Shown here: piece after piece, positions 8,089 through 16,693 of the stretch
Layout: each line of letters begins with the position of its first letter
How positions within the stretch are numbered: the stretch's first letter is position 1
NCBI GenBank assembly: GCA_913043225.1
Contig: CAJWLU010000002.1
Location: 192,001 to 256,000 of the forward strand
Origin: an uncultured Acidobacteriota bacterium
GTDB lineage: Bacteria > Acidobacteriota > Vicinamibacteria > Vicinamibacterales > UBA8438
DNA length: 64,000 nt
Direction: 5' to 3'
The notes under the pieces: model-generated
Database searches by the model: none
What the model was told of the DNA's origin: nothing
Seen by the model: the letters and a program-made list of their open reading frames with translations, nothing else
Position numbers and translations under genes: made by a program

Positions 8089-9819
8089 TTGTCAGACCAT
8101 CTCATTGCCCCGCATGGCGGGACGCTTGTCGATCTGTTCGTCGATTCGGAACGCTCTGCCGCGCTGAAGGCCGAGTCACGCGATTGGGCGTCGCACGACG
8201 TGACCGCACGTCAGCTGTGCGACCTGGAACTGTTGCTTGGCGGTGGCTTCTCGCCGCTGACGGGGTTCATGACCTCGGCTGACCATAGCGCCGTGTGCGC
8301 GGACATGCGGTTGGCCGACGGCACGCTCTGGCCGATGCCGATCACGCTCGATATCTCGGAGGCAATGGCGGAGAAGACTGAGGTCGGCGGCACGCTGGCC
8401 CTCCGTGACCCCGAGGGCGTCATGCTCGCGGTGCTACATGTGGAGGATCTCTGGCGTCCCGATCGGGAGGGGGAGGCTCAGGCGGTGTTCGGCACCGCCA
8501 ACCCCGAGCATCCCGGTGTGGCTCAGTTGCTCGAACGGACCCAGCCGGTCTACGTCGGCGGACGGATCGAAGGGCTGCAAGCCGTGTCGCACTATGACTA
8601 CAAGCGCCTGCGTCACACCCCGGCTGAGCTGCGGGAGGCGTTTGCCAGCCTGGGATGGGCCAAGGTGGTCGCCTTCCAGACCCGCAACCCGATGCACCGC
8701 GCACACCAGGAGTTGACTCTGCGCGCGGCGAAGGAGATCGAGGCCAACCTCCTGATTCACCCGGTGGTCGGAATGACCAAGCCGGGCGACGTAGATCACT
8801 ACACGCGCGTCCGTTGCTACCAGGCGCTCCTGCCGCGGTATCCTGAGGACACCGCGATGCTGTCGCTGCTGCCGCTGGCGATGCGGATGGGCGGACCTCG
8901 CGAAGCGGTGTGGCACGCGATCATCAGGAAGAACCACGGTTGTACCCACCTGATCGTCGGGCGCGACCACGCCGGACCAGGCAGCGACTCTGCCGGTAAT
9001 CCGTTCTACGGACCGTACGACGCCCAGGAACTGCTCAGCCAGCACGAAGAAGAGCTGGGCGTAGCCATGGTGCCTTTCAAGCTGATGGTCTATGTCGAGG
9101 ACGACGATGCCTACTCACCGATCGACGAGGTGCCCGAGGGGAAGCGCTCACTGAATCTCTCTGGAACCGAGCTTCGTGACCGGCTGGCGAAGGGAAAGGA
9201 CATTCCGTCGTGGTTCACCTTCCCGGCGGTGGCCGACGAGCTCAAGAAGAGCCACCCTCCTCGGCATCAACAGGGGTTCACGCTGCTCTTTACCGGTCTT
9301 TCCGGCTCCGGCAAATCCACCATCGCCAACGTGTTGCTGGTCAAGCTCCTCGAGATGGGTGGTCGCCCGGTGACGTTGCTCGACGGCGATCTGGTGCGTA
9401 AGAACCTGTCGTCCGAACTGGGCTTCTCCCGCGAGCACCGCGACATCAACATCCGTCGAATCGGTTATGTCGCCTCCGAAATCACCAAGCATGGAGGGAT
9501 CGCTGTGTGCGCGCCCATTGCGCCATACGACAGTGTTCGCAAGCAGGTACGGGCGATGATCGAGCCGATCGGCGGATTCATGGTGGTTCATATCGCCACC
9601 CCGCTCGAGGAATGCGAGAAGCGAGATCGGAAGGGGCTCTACGCCAAGGCGCGGGCCGGCATCATCAAGGAGTTCACCGGCATTTCGGATCCGTACGAGG
9701 AGCCGGAGGATGCGGAGATCGTCATCGACACGACGGAGTTCACGGCCGAAGAGGCGGCGCAGCAGATCGTGCTGCACCTCGAGAAAGAGGGCTTCGTCGC
9801 CGGTCGGCTGACCAAGTAG
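8089..9819 (+). CDS. sat: Bifunctional sulfate adenylyltransferase / adenylyl-sulfate kinase (PAPS synthase)
   Basis: LIAPHGG, AFQTRNPMHRAH, GRDHAG; C-terminal APS kinase FTGLSGSGKST and KGLYAKAR; TTG start at 8089 after GAGGAG. Confidence 0.95.
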   Translation: MSDHLIAPHGGTLVDLFVDSERSAALKAESRDWASHDVTARQLCDLELLLGGGFSPLTGFMTSADHSAVCADMRLADGTLWPMPITLDISEAMAEKTEVGGTLALRDPEGVMLAVLHVEDLWRPDREGEAQAVFGTANPEHPGVAQLLERTQPVYVGGRIEGLQAVSHYDYKRLRHTPAELREAFASLGWAKVVAFQTRNPMHRAHQELTLRAAKEIEANLLIHPVVGMTKPGDVDHYTRVRCYQALLPRYPEDTAMLSLLPLAMRMGGPREAVWHAIIRKNHGCTHLIVGRDHAGPGSDSAGNPFYGPYDAQELLSQHEEELGVAMVPFKLMVYVEDDDAYSPIDEVPEGKRSLNLSGTELRDRLAKGKDIPSWFTFPAVADELKKSHPPRHQQGFTLLFTGLSGSGKSTIANVLLVKLLEMGGRPVTLLDGDLVRKNLSSELGFSREHRDINIRRIGYVASEITKHGGIAVCAPIAPYDSVRKQVRAMIEPIGGFMVVHIATPLEECEKRDRKGLYAKARAGIIKEFTGISDPYEEPEDAEIVIDTTEFTAEEAAQQIVLHLEKEGFVAGRLTK

Positions 9820-9838
9820 CTCGCGTCGCGAGGCGGAC

Positions 9839-10435
9839 ATGGACGGGAAGGGACGATTCACCCGGGCCGTCGAGCGGTTCGACGCGGCGAACGCGGACGA
9901 TCCCAACCACGAGACGGTCGATGGGGCAGACCAGCCCAAAGAGCTGGTCTACGCTCGTCGGATGACCGCTACGTTGGCGAGGTTCGCCCCGAACGCGTCA
10001 GAAATTGTCCGGCTGGCGGCCCGCAGCCAGCATATCCGTCGTTGGTCTGTGCCCCGTACCGACTACCCTAATGGGCGGGACGGCTACCGCCGATGGCGGA
10101 CACATCTTTACGGCGTGCACGCCGACACGGCCGCTACTATTCTGCGAGACGTAGGCTACGACGAGCCGACTGTGAGCCGCGTCGCCTCGCTTCTGCGCAA
10201 AGAGCGCCTCAAGGTCGACCCCGAGGTACAGCTGCTCGAAGACGTGGCATGCCTGGTGTTCCTGGAGCACTATCTATCTGACTTTGTGCCGAAACACGAC
10301 GAACAGAAGCTGACGGGGGTCTTGCAGAAGACCTGGCGCAAGATGTCGGCAGCCGGCCACGAGGCCGCGCTCGCGCTGGATTTTCCGTCTGAACTTCGAG
10401 CATTTCTCGCGCGCGCTGTCGGTCCTGTGCGTTGA
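9839..10435 (+). CDS. DUF4202 family protein
   Basis: FDAANADDP, LAARSQHIRRW, QLLEDVACLVFL, KTWRKMS patterns. Confidence 0.8.
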   Translation: MDGKGRFTRAVERFDAANADDPNHETVDGADQPKELVYARRMTATLARFAPNASEIVRLAARSQHIRRWSVPRTDYPNGRDGYRRWRTHLYGVHADTAATILRDVGYDEPTVSRVASLLRKERLKVDPEVQLLEDVACLVFLEHYLSDFVPKHDEQKLTGVLQKTWRKMSAAGHEAALALDFPSELRAFLARAVGPVR

Positions 10436-10594
10436 GCGGACCGGCAGCCTTTCCTCCGGCGACTCAATCTCACACAGTGCTACCGATAGGAGGGCCCGCG
10501 TAGCCACGTCCAGTGTCACGCCGCCACTCCATCGCAAGGCCATGTCTGACAGCTCGGATCATATGACCCGGGGTCGTGCGATCATCGAGTGAGG

Positions 10595-11020
10595 ATGGCG
10601 CTTGTCAAGCTGTCGGAGACGGTCGCGGTCGAGGAGCATGAGCTCGAGGAACGCTTCGTTCGCGCGTCGGGTCCCGGTGGCCAGAATGTGAACAAGGTGG
10701 CGACGGCTGTCGAATTGCGCTTCGACGTCGCCGGATCGTCGCTCGACCCAGGCGTCAAGGTGCGGCTCGAAGAGGCGGCCGGCACCCGGATGACTTCCGA
10801 CGGGGTGCTGGTGATCGACAGCCGTGAGCATCGGACCCAGGCGCAGAATCGCATCGCCGCCCGACGTCGTCTGGCCCGCTTTCTCGAAGAGGCCGCCCGT
10901 CCCCCGAAGACGCGCCGGCCGACTCGGCCGAGCCGAGCCTCTCGCGAGCAACGGCTCAACGACAAGCGGCGTCGCGCGCAGGTCAAGACCGGTCGCGGCC
11001 GGCCCGCACGGGACGACTGA
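10595..11020 (+). CDS. arfB: Alternative ribosome rescue peptidyl-tRNA hydrolase
   Basis: RASGPGGQNVNKV (GGQ) and basic C-terminal tail RRPTRPSRAS. Confidence 0.93.
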   Translation: MALVKLSETVAVEEHELEERFVRASGPGGQNVNKVATAVELRFDVAGSSLDPGVKVRLEEAAGTRMTSDGVLVIDSREHRTQAQNRIAARRRLARFLEEAARPPKTRRPTRPSRASREQRLNDKRRRAQVKTGRGRPARDD

Positions 11021-11025
11021 GTCAC

Positions 11026-11964
11026 TCAGGTCGCGCTGCCGGTATCCGGTTCGGAGCGGCTCCACCAGGCGGCCGCAAGGCTCCCGATTAGCGAATGACA
11101 GACCGTGGAGATGGCGCTGGGCACGGCCACCAGCGGGTTGGTGAAGTTGCCCCGTGCCAGGACCACTCCAAGCCCTGAGTTCTGCATGCCCACCTCGATT
11201 GCGACGGTTCGCGCCGCGTTCTCCCGTCGCAGCATCGCCTTCCCAGCCAGATAGCCGAACACGAAGCCGAGTGCGTGCAGGAGGAAGATCGCCAGCAGCA
11301 GCCGGCCGCCGGCATCGAAGATCTGTTCGCGGCTCGCGCCGATCACCGAGGCGACGATGAGCGTGATCGCCAGCACCGCCACCAGCGGCGCAGCTGGGAG
11401 CACTGGGGCGATGAGACGGGGGAACTTCCACTTCAACAGTGCCCCGCCAGCCACCGGGAGGATCACTACCTGCACGGTGTCCAGGAAGAGGCCCAGCGCC
11501 GACACTTCGATCCGGTTACCGGCCAGCAGCGCAGTCAGGGTCGGCGTCATCAGCGCGGCGAGCAGGGTCGAGAGTGCGGTCATCGTCACTGACAGCGCCA
11601 CGTCTGCCTTGGCGAGATAGGAGATGACGTTCGAGGCCGTGCCTCCGGGACAACAGGAGACCAGGACGAGACCAACGGCGAACGGCGTCGGCAACGCCAG
11701 GAGATACCCGATGCTCCAGCCGAGCGCCGGCATGACGGTGTATTGCAGCAACACGCCGGGCAGCACCCGCCCCCGCTCCCGGGCGACCCGGCGGAAGTCG
11801 TCGAATCCTAGAGTCATCCCCATGCTGAGCATGATCACGCCCAGTCCCAGCGTGATGAGCGGCCCGCTAAACCAGGTGAACAGTTCAGGACGGACCAGCG
11901 CGAGGACACTGCAGACCAGCACCCAGACTGGGAACGCCGAGGTCAACAGGGAGACAATGCGCAA
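11026..11964 (-). CDS. Bile acid:sodium symporter family transporter
   Basis: MLSMGMTL, CCPGGTASNV, EVGMQNSGL; multiple TM helices. Confidence 0.9.
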   Translation of the reverse strand: MRIVSLLTSAFPVWVLVCSVLALVRPELFTWFSGPLITLGLGVIMLSMGMTLGFDDFRRVARERGRVLPGVLLQYTVMPALGWSIGYLLALPTPFAVGLVLVSCCPGGTASNVISYLAKADVALSVTMTALSTLLAALMTPTLTALLAGNRIEVSALGLFLDTVQVVILPVAGGALLKWKFPRLIAPVLPAAPLVAVLAITLIVASVIGASREQIFDAGGRLLLAIFLLHALGFVFGYLAGKAMLRRENAARTVAIEVGMQNSGLGVVLARGNFTNPLVAVPSAISTVCHSLIGSLAAAWWSRSEPDTGSAT

Positions 11965-12005
11965 GACCGGCGCATTGTACGCCGAGCCATTCCGAGAGGA
12001 TTGAG

Positions 12006-12809
12006 ATGAGCTTTCAGATTGATCTGCTGGCCGGACGTTCGGCGCTGGTGACCGGCGGCGGCACTGGTATCTGTCGCGGGATCGCGCTCGCGCTGGCGCG
12101 TCACGGCTGCGACGTCGCCATTACCAGTCGGTCGGCCGATCACCTCGAGCCGACTGCGGAAGAGGTCCGTGCCACTGGACGACGTGGGCTGGCCGTGGTC
12201 GCTGATGTTCGTGACCCGGCCGCGGTTGAGGCGGCGGTGGAGCAGACCGTGGCCGATTTGGGCCGGCTAGACATCCTGGTGAACGGCGCGGCAGGCAACT
12301 TCCTCTGCCTGGCCGAGCAGCTCTCACCGAACGGTTTCGGTACGGTCGTCGACATCGACCTCAAGGGCACCTTCCATTGTTCGAAGGCGGCGCTGCCCCA
12401 TCTCAAGCGGCATCGTGGTACGGTGCTCAACATCAGTGCCACCCTGCATTACGTGGGGACGCCAGCCCAACTCCATGTGTCGTCGGCCAAGGCGGGCGTC
12501 GATGCACTGACCCGGGTCCTGGCCGTAGAGTGGGGGCCCTACGGGATCCGGGTGAACGGGATCGCGCCAGGACCGATCGCCGATACCGAAGGGGTGCGCC
12601 GGCTGCTCGATGAGGCGTCGACACGCCGAGCCACAGAGGCCACGCCGCTGCGGCGGTTGGGCTTGATTGATGATGTCGCCGCGGCGTCGCTGTTTCTCTG
12701 TTCCGAGGCGGCTTCATATGTGACCGGGCACACGCTGGTCGTCGATGGAGGATTGTGGCTGAGCGCGGGGAGGAGCCCGTTCGCGGAGCCCCCTGGTCAG
12801 GAGCAGTGA
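12006..12809 (+). CDS. SDR oxidoreductase (2,4-dienoyl-CoA reductase-like)
   Basis: TGGGTGI, NGAAGNF, HVSSAKAG, IAPGPI. Confidence 0.88.
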   Translation: MSFQIDLLAGRSALVTGGGTGICRGIALALARHGCDVAITSRSADHLEPTAEEVRATGRRGLAVVADVRDPAAVEAAVEQTVADLGRLDILVNGAAGNFLCLAEQLSPNGFGTVVDIDLKGTFHCSKAALPHLKRHRGTVLNISATLHYVGTPAQLHVSSAKAGVDALTRVLAVEWGPYGIRVNGIAPGPIADTEGVRRLLDEASTRRATEATPLRRLGLIDDVAAASLFLCSEAASYVTGHTLVVDGGLWLSAGRSPFAEPPGQEQ

Positions 12810-13261
12810 TGGGTAAGACACTGACGATCGTCGGAATTGCGCTGGGCATCTGGACACTACCAGTCTCGGCCGAGGAACAGACTACCCAATCGGCCCAAGA
12901 TGTGCTGATCGAACTGGAGCGCGGCTGGAACGATGCGGTCTACCGACAAGACGCGGACTTCGTCGACAACCTGCTGGCCGAGGAGTTCGTGGTCACCTAC
13001 GACGACGGGACGCGCGCCGATCGCAGCCACGAACTCCAGCTAATTACGGAGTTCAATCAAGCGGTCGAGTCGGCCACCCAGGAGAACTTCACGGTCCGGA
13101 TCTACGGGGAGACCGCCGTGGTTTGGTTCACCTTGCGGTTGGCTGGTTATCGTCAGGGCGAGCTGATCGAGATTCTGCTCAACTATACGGACGTCTGGGT
13201 GATGCGAGACGGACGGTGGCAGTGTGTGTCGTCTCAGAGTACTCGCGTCCGAGAACCGTAG
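12809..13261 (+). CDS. Secreted NTF2-like (DUF4440) protein
   Basis: Signal peptide; ELERGWNDA, VRIYGETAVV, YTDVWVMRDGRWQCVSSQ; TGATG overlap with upstream gene. Confidence 0.8.
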   Translation: MGKTLTIVGIALGIWTLPVSAEEQTTQSAQDVLIELERGWNDAVYRQDADFVDNLLAEEFVVTYDDGTRADRSHELQLITEFNQAVESATQENFTVRIYGETAVVWFTLRLAGYRQGELIEILLNYTDVWVMRDGRWQCVSSQSTRVREP

Positions 13262-13641
13262 CTGACGAAAGAAGACATAACTGGCCGAGCGAGCACGAGC
13301 ATGGCGAACGGGAGCACCGGTGAAGCTGTCTAGCGAGCTGCCGTGGTGGTGGTCGTTGTTCTCGAATCTGGCCGACTATCAGGAAGAGGCGTCGCTTGAG
13401 GGCGACTGATTGCTGGAAACGGACGGTGTAAAGGTTCCAACCGGTTGAATGGTCCGTATACTGGTCAGCCTGAGGATGCTACCGCCGGCGATGACCCCTC
13501 CGTCCTGGTGGGGGGCGTTTCTTCGCCTCGACCGCACCTAAGCGCATCAGGGGGTCGACCATGCAGGGTCGTCGCTGGGAGCATGCTGATGGCATGTGAC
13601 CGAGGACGCAACGCCGCCAGCGGTTTGTCTCGCGTGTCGGT

Positions 13642-14085
13642 CTAAACGCGATAGTAGTCGCCCTGCCAGTCCTGGATCTCTCTCTTGATTGACGTGGCTG
13701 AGGTGATCTGCTCGTCGAGCACCTTCCGCGCCAGGTCTGGCAACTCGGCATCGCCAGCGAAGCGGAGTCCTACCATTTGTTGAGGGGTGAACTGGTCGAT
13801 CCGGCCTTGCAGATCGTGAGGGAGCAGCTCCTTCATCCGTAGCCGCATCTCGAGTCTGATGACCCGGTCTTGGGCGCCGAGGGCGAAGAGGCGGGCGTAG
13901 AGCCAGGTGATCACGAGAGCCACCCCCATCAGGGCGTTCAGAACGGCATCAAAGGTCCAGATGCCCACCATGCTATAGAGGGCCCACACCGCGTTGACCA
14001 GAAGGATCGGCGATGCGATGAAGTGATACGCCGGTACCCACTTGGTGTGGTTGCCAAAGTCTTGTCCAGAGGAAGCGTCGGCCAT
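13642..14085 (-). CDS. DUF6526-like membrane protein
   Basis: QDFGNHTKWVPAYHF, QDRVIRLEMRLR, GLRFAGDAEL, IKREIQDWQGDYYRV. Confidence 0.75.
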   Translation of the reverse strand: MADASSGQDFGNHTKWVPAYHFIASPILLVNAVWALYSMVGIWTFDAVLNALMGVALVITWLYARLFALGAQDRVIRLEMRLRMKELLPHDLQGRIDQFTPQQMVGLRFAGDAELPDLARKVLDEQITSATSIKREIQDWQGDYYRV

Positions 14086-14194
14086 TGGTTCTCCTTGGTC
14101 ATCTACCCCGCAGCGGCGGGACCCACCCAGTATGATCAGTCTGCTGCCACTATAGTGCAGCCGTATCGACACTTGTTGAACAGGGAGGGTTAAG

Positions 14195-14524
14195 GTGAGT
14201 GACCTGGCGTCGAAGGAATGTGTTCCATGCCGCGGCGGCGTGCCGCCGCTCACAGGTGACGAACTGGTCACCTATCACGCCCAGCTTGGAGGAGGTTGGC
14301 AGGTGGTGGAAGACCACCATCTGGAGAAGACCTACGAGTTCGACGACTTTCGCCAGGCGCTCGACTACACGAACAAGGTGGGCGAGATGGCTGAAGAGCA
14401 GGGCCATCATCCGGACATCTACCTGGCCTGGGGAGTGGTGAAGGTGACGATCTGGACCCACAAGATCGACGGGCTCACCGAGAGTGACTTCGTTTTCGCC
14501 GCCAAGTGTGACACGTTGCGTTAG
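14195..14524 (+). CDS. phhB: 4a-hydroxytetrahydrobiopterin dehydratase
   Basis: CVPCRGG, EEQGHHPDI, WTHKIDGLTESDF. Confidence 0.9.
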   Translation: MSDLASKECVPCRGGVPPLTGDELVTYHAQLGGGWQVVEDHHLEKTYEFDDFRQALDYTNKVGEMAEEQGHHPDIYLAWGVVKVTIWTHKIDGLTESDFVFAAKCDTLR

Positions 14525-14539
14525 CGCCGGGGCGCTCGG

Positions 14540-14974
14540 TCAGGTCCAATCGACGGGATCGCCCACGGTGATCGCTCCGTCGTCAAGCGCCTGTGCGAAT
14601 ACGCCGCCCCGCCATCCAGGGGCCAGGGCCGCCTGGAGGCCGGGAGCAGCCTCATCCATGAGTGCGCATGGCCGGGTTTCCCCCCTGATGCGCAGCCGGC
14701 ATTCCCCTATCCGCAGCACCACCCCTCGAGTGTGAGCCAGCCGCACGCCTGATACCAGGAGGTTAGCGCGGCGGAGAGAGGCGTCGAGAGGGATTGCCAT
14801 CGCCTCGACCACTTCGTCCCAGGTAGCGGTGTCGAGCAACGTTACCTGCCGCCATCCACCCTGGTCGGCGTTACCCACGATGCCGAGGCCTGCTTGGAGC
14901 TCTACCCTCGCGGCCTCGTCCATCGGTCCCCGCCGCGTCCGTTTGACCCAGATGCTCTCCAGACGCCCGCCCAT
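14540..14974 (-). CDS. MOSC domain protein
   Basis: RQVTL, RRANLLVSG, ETRPCALMD, RGGVFAQALDDGAITVGD. Confidence 0.85.
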   Translation of the reverse strand: MGGRLESIWVKRTRRGPMDEAARVELQAGLGIVGNADQGGWRQVTLLDTATWDEVVEAMAIPLDASLRRANLLVSGVRLAHTRGVVLRIGECRLRIRGETRPCALMDEAAPGLQAALAPGWRGGVFAQALDDGAITVGDPVDWT

Positions 14975-15040
14975 AATCGCTCCCAGCGCTTCTCCCAGGC
15001 CACCGGGCCGTGGGACCTCCAATGATAAGATCACCAGTTC

Positions 15041-16144
15041 ATGAGTACGGAGAGTGCGGTGACCGACGGTAGAGCAACAGAGGCGCGGACAGGGCTTGAT
15101 GCGTGGGTGCGCGAGATCATCGAGTGGCACTTCAATCCTGATACCGGGTGCCCGTTCTGGCTTGATTGGGCACAGCAGGCGGGTTGGGATCCGCGGAGAG
15201 AGGTCGGCGGGTTCGGCGACCTCTGCAAGTTCCCCCATTTTGAGGACGAGTGGCTGCGCGGGGGGCCCGTGCGTCGCTGGGTGCCGAAAGCCTACGCCGA
15301 CCGCCCAGCGTTCGTCTTCGAGACGGGCGGCACCACCGGAATCCCGAAGAGCCGGGTGGCCCAGGAAGACTTCCGGATCGACTACGAGCTGTTTTCAGAC
15401 ACGCTTCCGGAAAAGTGTTTCCCGCGCGGTAGCAACTGGCTGATGTTGGGGCCCAGCGGTCCTCGTCGGTTGCGGCTCGCGGTCGAGCACTTGGCACAGC
15501 ACCGTGGCGGCATCTGCTTCTGTGTCGACCTTGATCCTCGCTGGGTCATCAAGCTCATCAAGAAGGGCTGGCACGAGCACCTCAAGGCCTACCAGGACCA
15601 TGTGATCGACCAGGCTGTCACCGTGCTGTCGGCCGGACACGACATCAAGTGCATGTTCTCGACGCCGAAGCTGCTCGAAGCGCTGGCTAACCGCTTGGAG
15701 GAGAACGGGTCGAGCCTCAAGGAGACTGGCATCCAGGGCATCTTCGCCGGCGGCACGGAGTTCACGCCGCAGTGGAATCGGTTCGCCCACGAAGAGTTGC
15801 TGGACGGTATCTACATGACCCCAACCTACGGGAACACCCTGATGGGCCTGGCGGCGAGCCCGCCGAGTGGACCCGAGAACGGCTACAAGATCACCTACTA
15901 CGCCCCGCAGCCGAGAGCGGTCATCCAGGTGGTAGACCCTGACGATGCCGAGAAGGTGGTTGGGTACGGGGAGACCGGGCGGGTGATGTTAACCACGCTG
16001 ACCAAGGAGTTCTTCGTTCCTCGGTTCCAGGAGCGGGACGAGGGCGAGCGAGAGCCACCCTGCGAGCAGTACCCCTGGGATGGCGTGAGTGGGGTCAGAC
16101 CGTTCAGTCGGCTGGCCTCGGCAACTACGGTCGGTGTCTACTAG
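15041..16144 (+). CDS. GriC/EhpF-like adenylate-forming component of an (aryl)carboxylate reductase
   Basis: WHFNPDTGCPFW, ETGGTTGIPK, DLDPRW, GGTE, YGNT, ERD and terminal GVY recall EhpF/GriC. Confidence 0.8.
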   Translation: MSTESAVTDGRATEARTGLDAWVREIIEWHFNPDTGCPFWLDWAQQAGWDPRREVGGFGDLCKFPHFEDEWLRGGPVRRWVPKAYADRPAFVFETGGTTGIPKSRVAQEDFRIDYELFSDTLPEKCFPRGSNWLMLGPSGPRRLRLAVEHLAQHRGGICFCVDLDPRWVIKLIKKGWHEHLKAYQDHVIDQAVTVLSAGHDIKCMFSTPKLLEALANRLEENGSSLKETGIQGIFAGGTEFTPQWNRFAHEELLDGIYMTPTYGNTLMGLAASPPSGPENGYKITYYAPQPRAVIQVVDPDDAEKVVGYGETGRVMLTTLTKEFFVPRFQERDEGEREPPCEQYPWDGVSGVRPFSRLASATTVGVY

Positions 16145-16194
16145 GGACCTTGACGGTGAGAGCGGAGTTAAAGAGAGGACAGGCAGCGGTGAGG

Positions 16195-16683
16195 ATGAGT
16201 GACAGAACGCGCTGGTGGATGACGGCGATGGCCGTTGTGATGATAGGAGCGGTGGCGTGCGGAGGTGGCGGTGAAGAGCCGATGCCGGCCGAAGATCCGA
16301 TGGAGGATGCTCCTGGTCCCGCCGAGGATCGGTCCTCGATGACCCCGAGCGTCGGCTTCGTGTCGCCTACTGACGGCGCGAACGTTTCGAGCCCAGTCTC
16401 GATGGAGTTCATCGTCTCGAATTACAACGTCTCTCCGGTGCCGCAGGAGGTGGAGACACCACGGCAAGGTATGGGGCATCACCACGTGGGCATCGACACC
16501 GAGTGTCTCCCGGTTGGGGAGGTCGTGCCACAGGGTGACCCCTGGGTGCACTTCGGCGACGGGTCTACGACGTTCGAGACGATGCTGGAGCCAGGCGAGC
16601 ACACCCTGACCCTGCAGTTGGGTGACGACGAGCATCGCACCCAAGAAGGCTTGTGCACGACCGTCACCATAACCGTCGAGTAG
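16195..16683 (+). CDS. DUF4399 domain lipoprotein
   Basis: Lipobox AVAC; GHHHVGID, VHFGDG, LEPGEHTLTLQLGD. Confidence 0.8.
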   Translation: MSDRTRWWMTAMAVVMIGAVACGGGGEEPMPAEDPMEDAPGPAEDRSSMTPSVGFVSPTDGANVSSPVSMEFIVSNYNVSPVPQEVETPRQGMGHHHVGIDTECLPVGEVVPQGDPWVHFGDGSTTFETMLEPGEHTLTLQLGDDEHRTQEGLCTTVTITVE

Positions 16684-16693
16684 GAGTCGCGCC

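Noticed and set aside
13262..13641. About 380-bp gap between convergent genes as possible ncRNA or small ORF
   Set aside because: No convincing ORF, repeat or RNA motif; may be a decayed gene but unsupported
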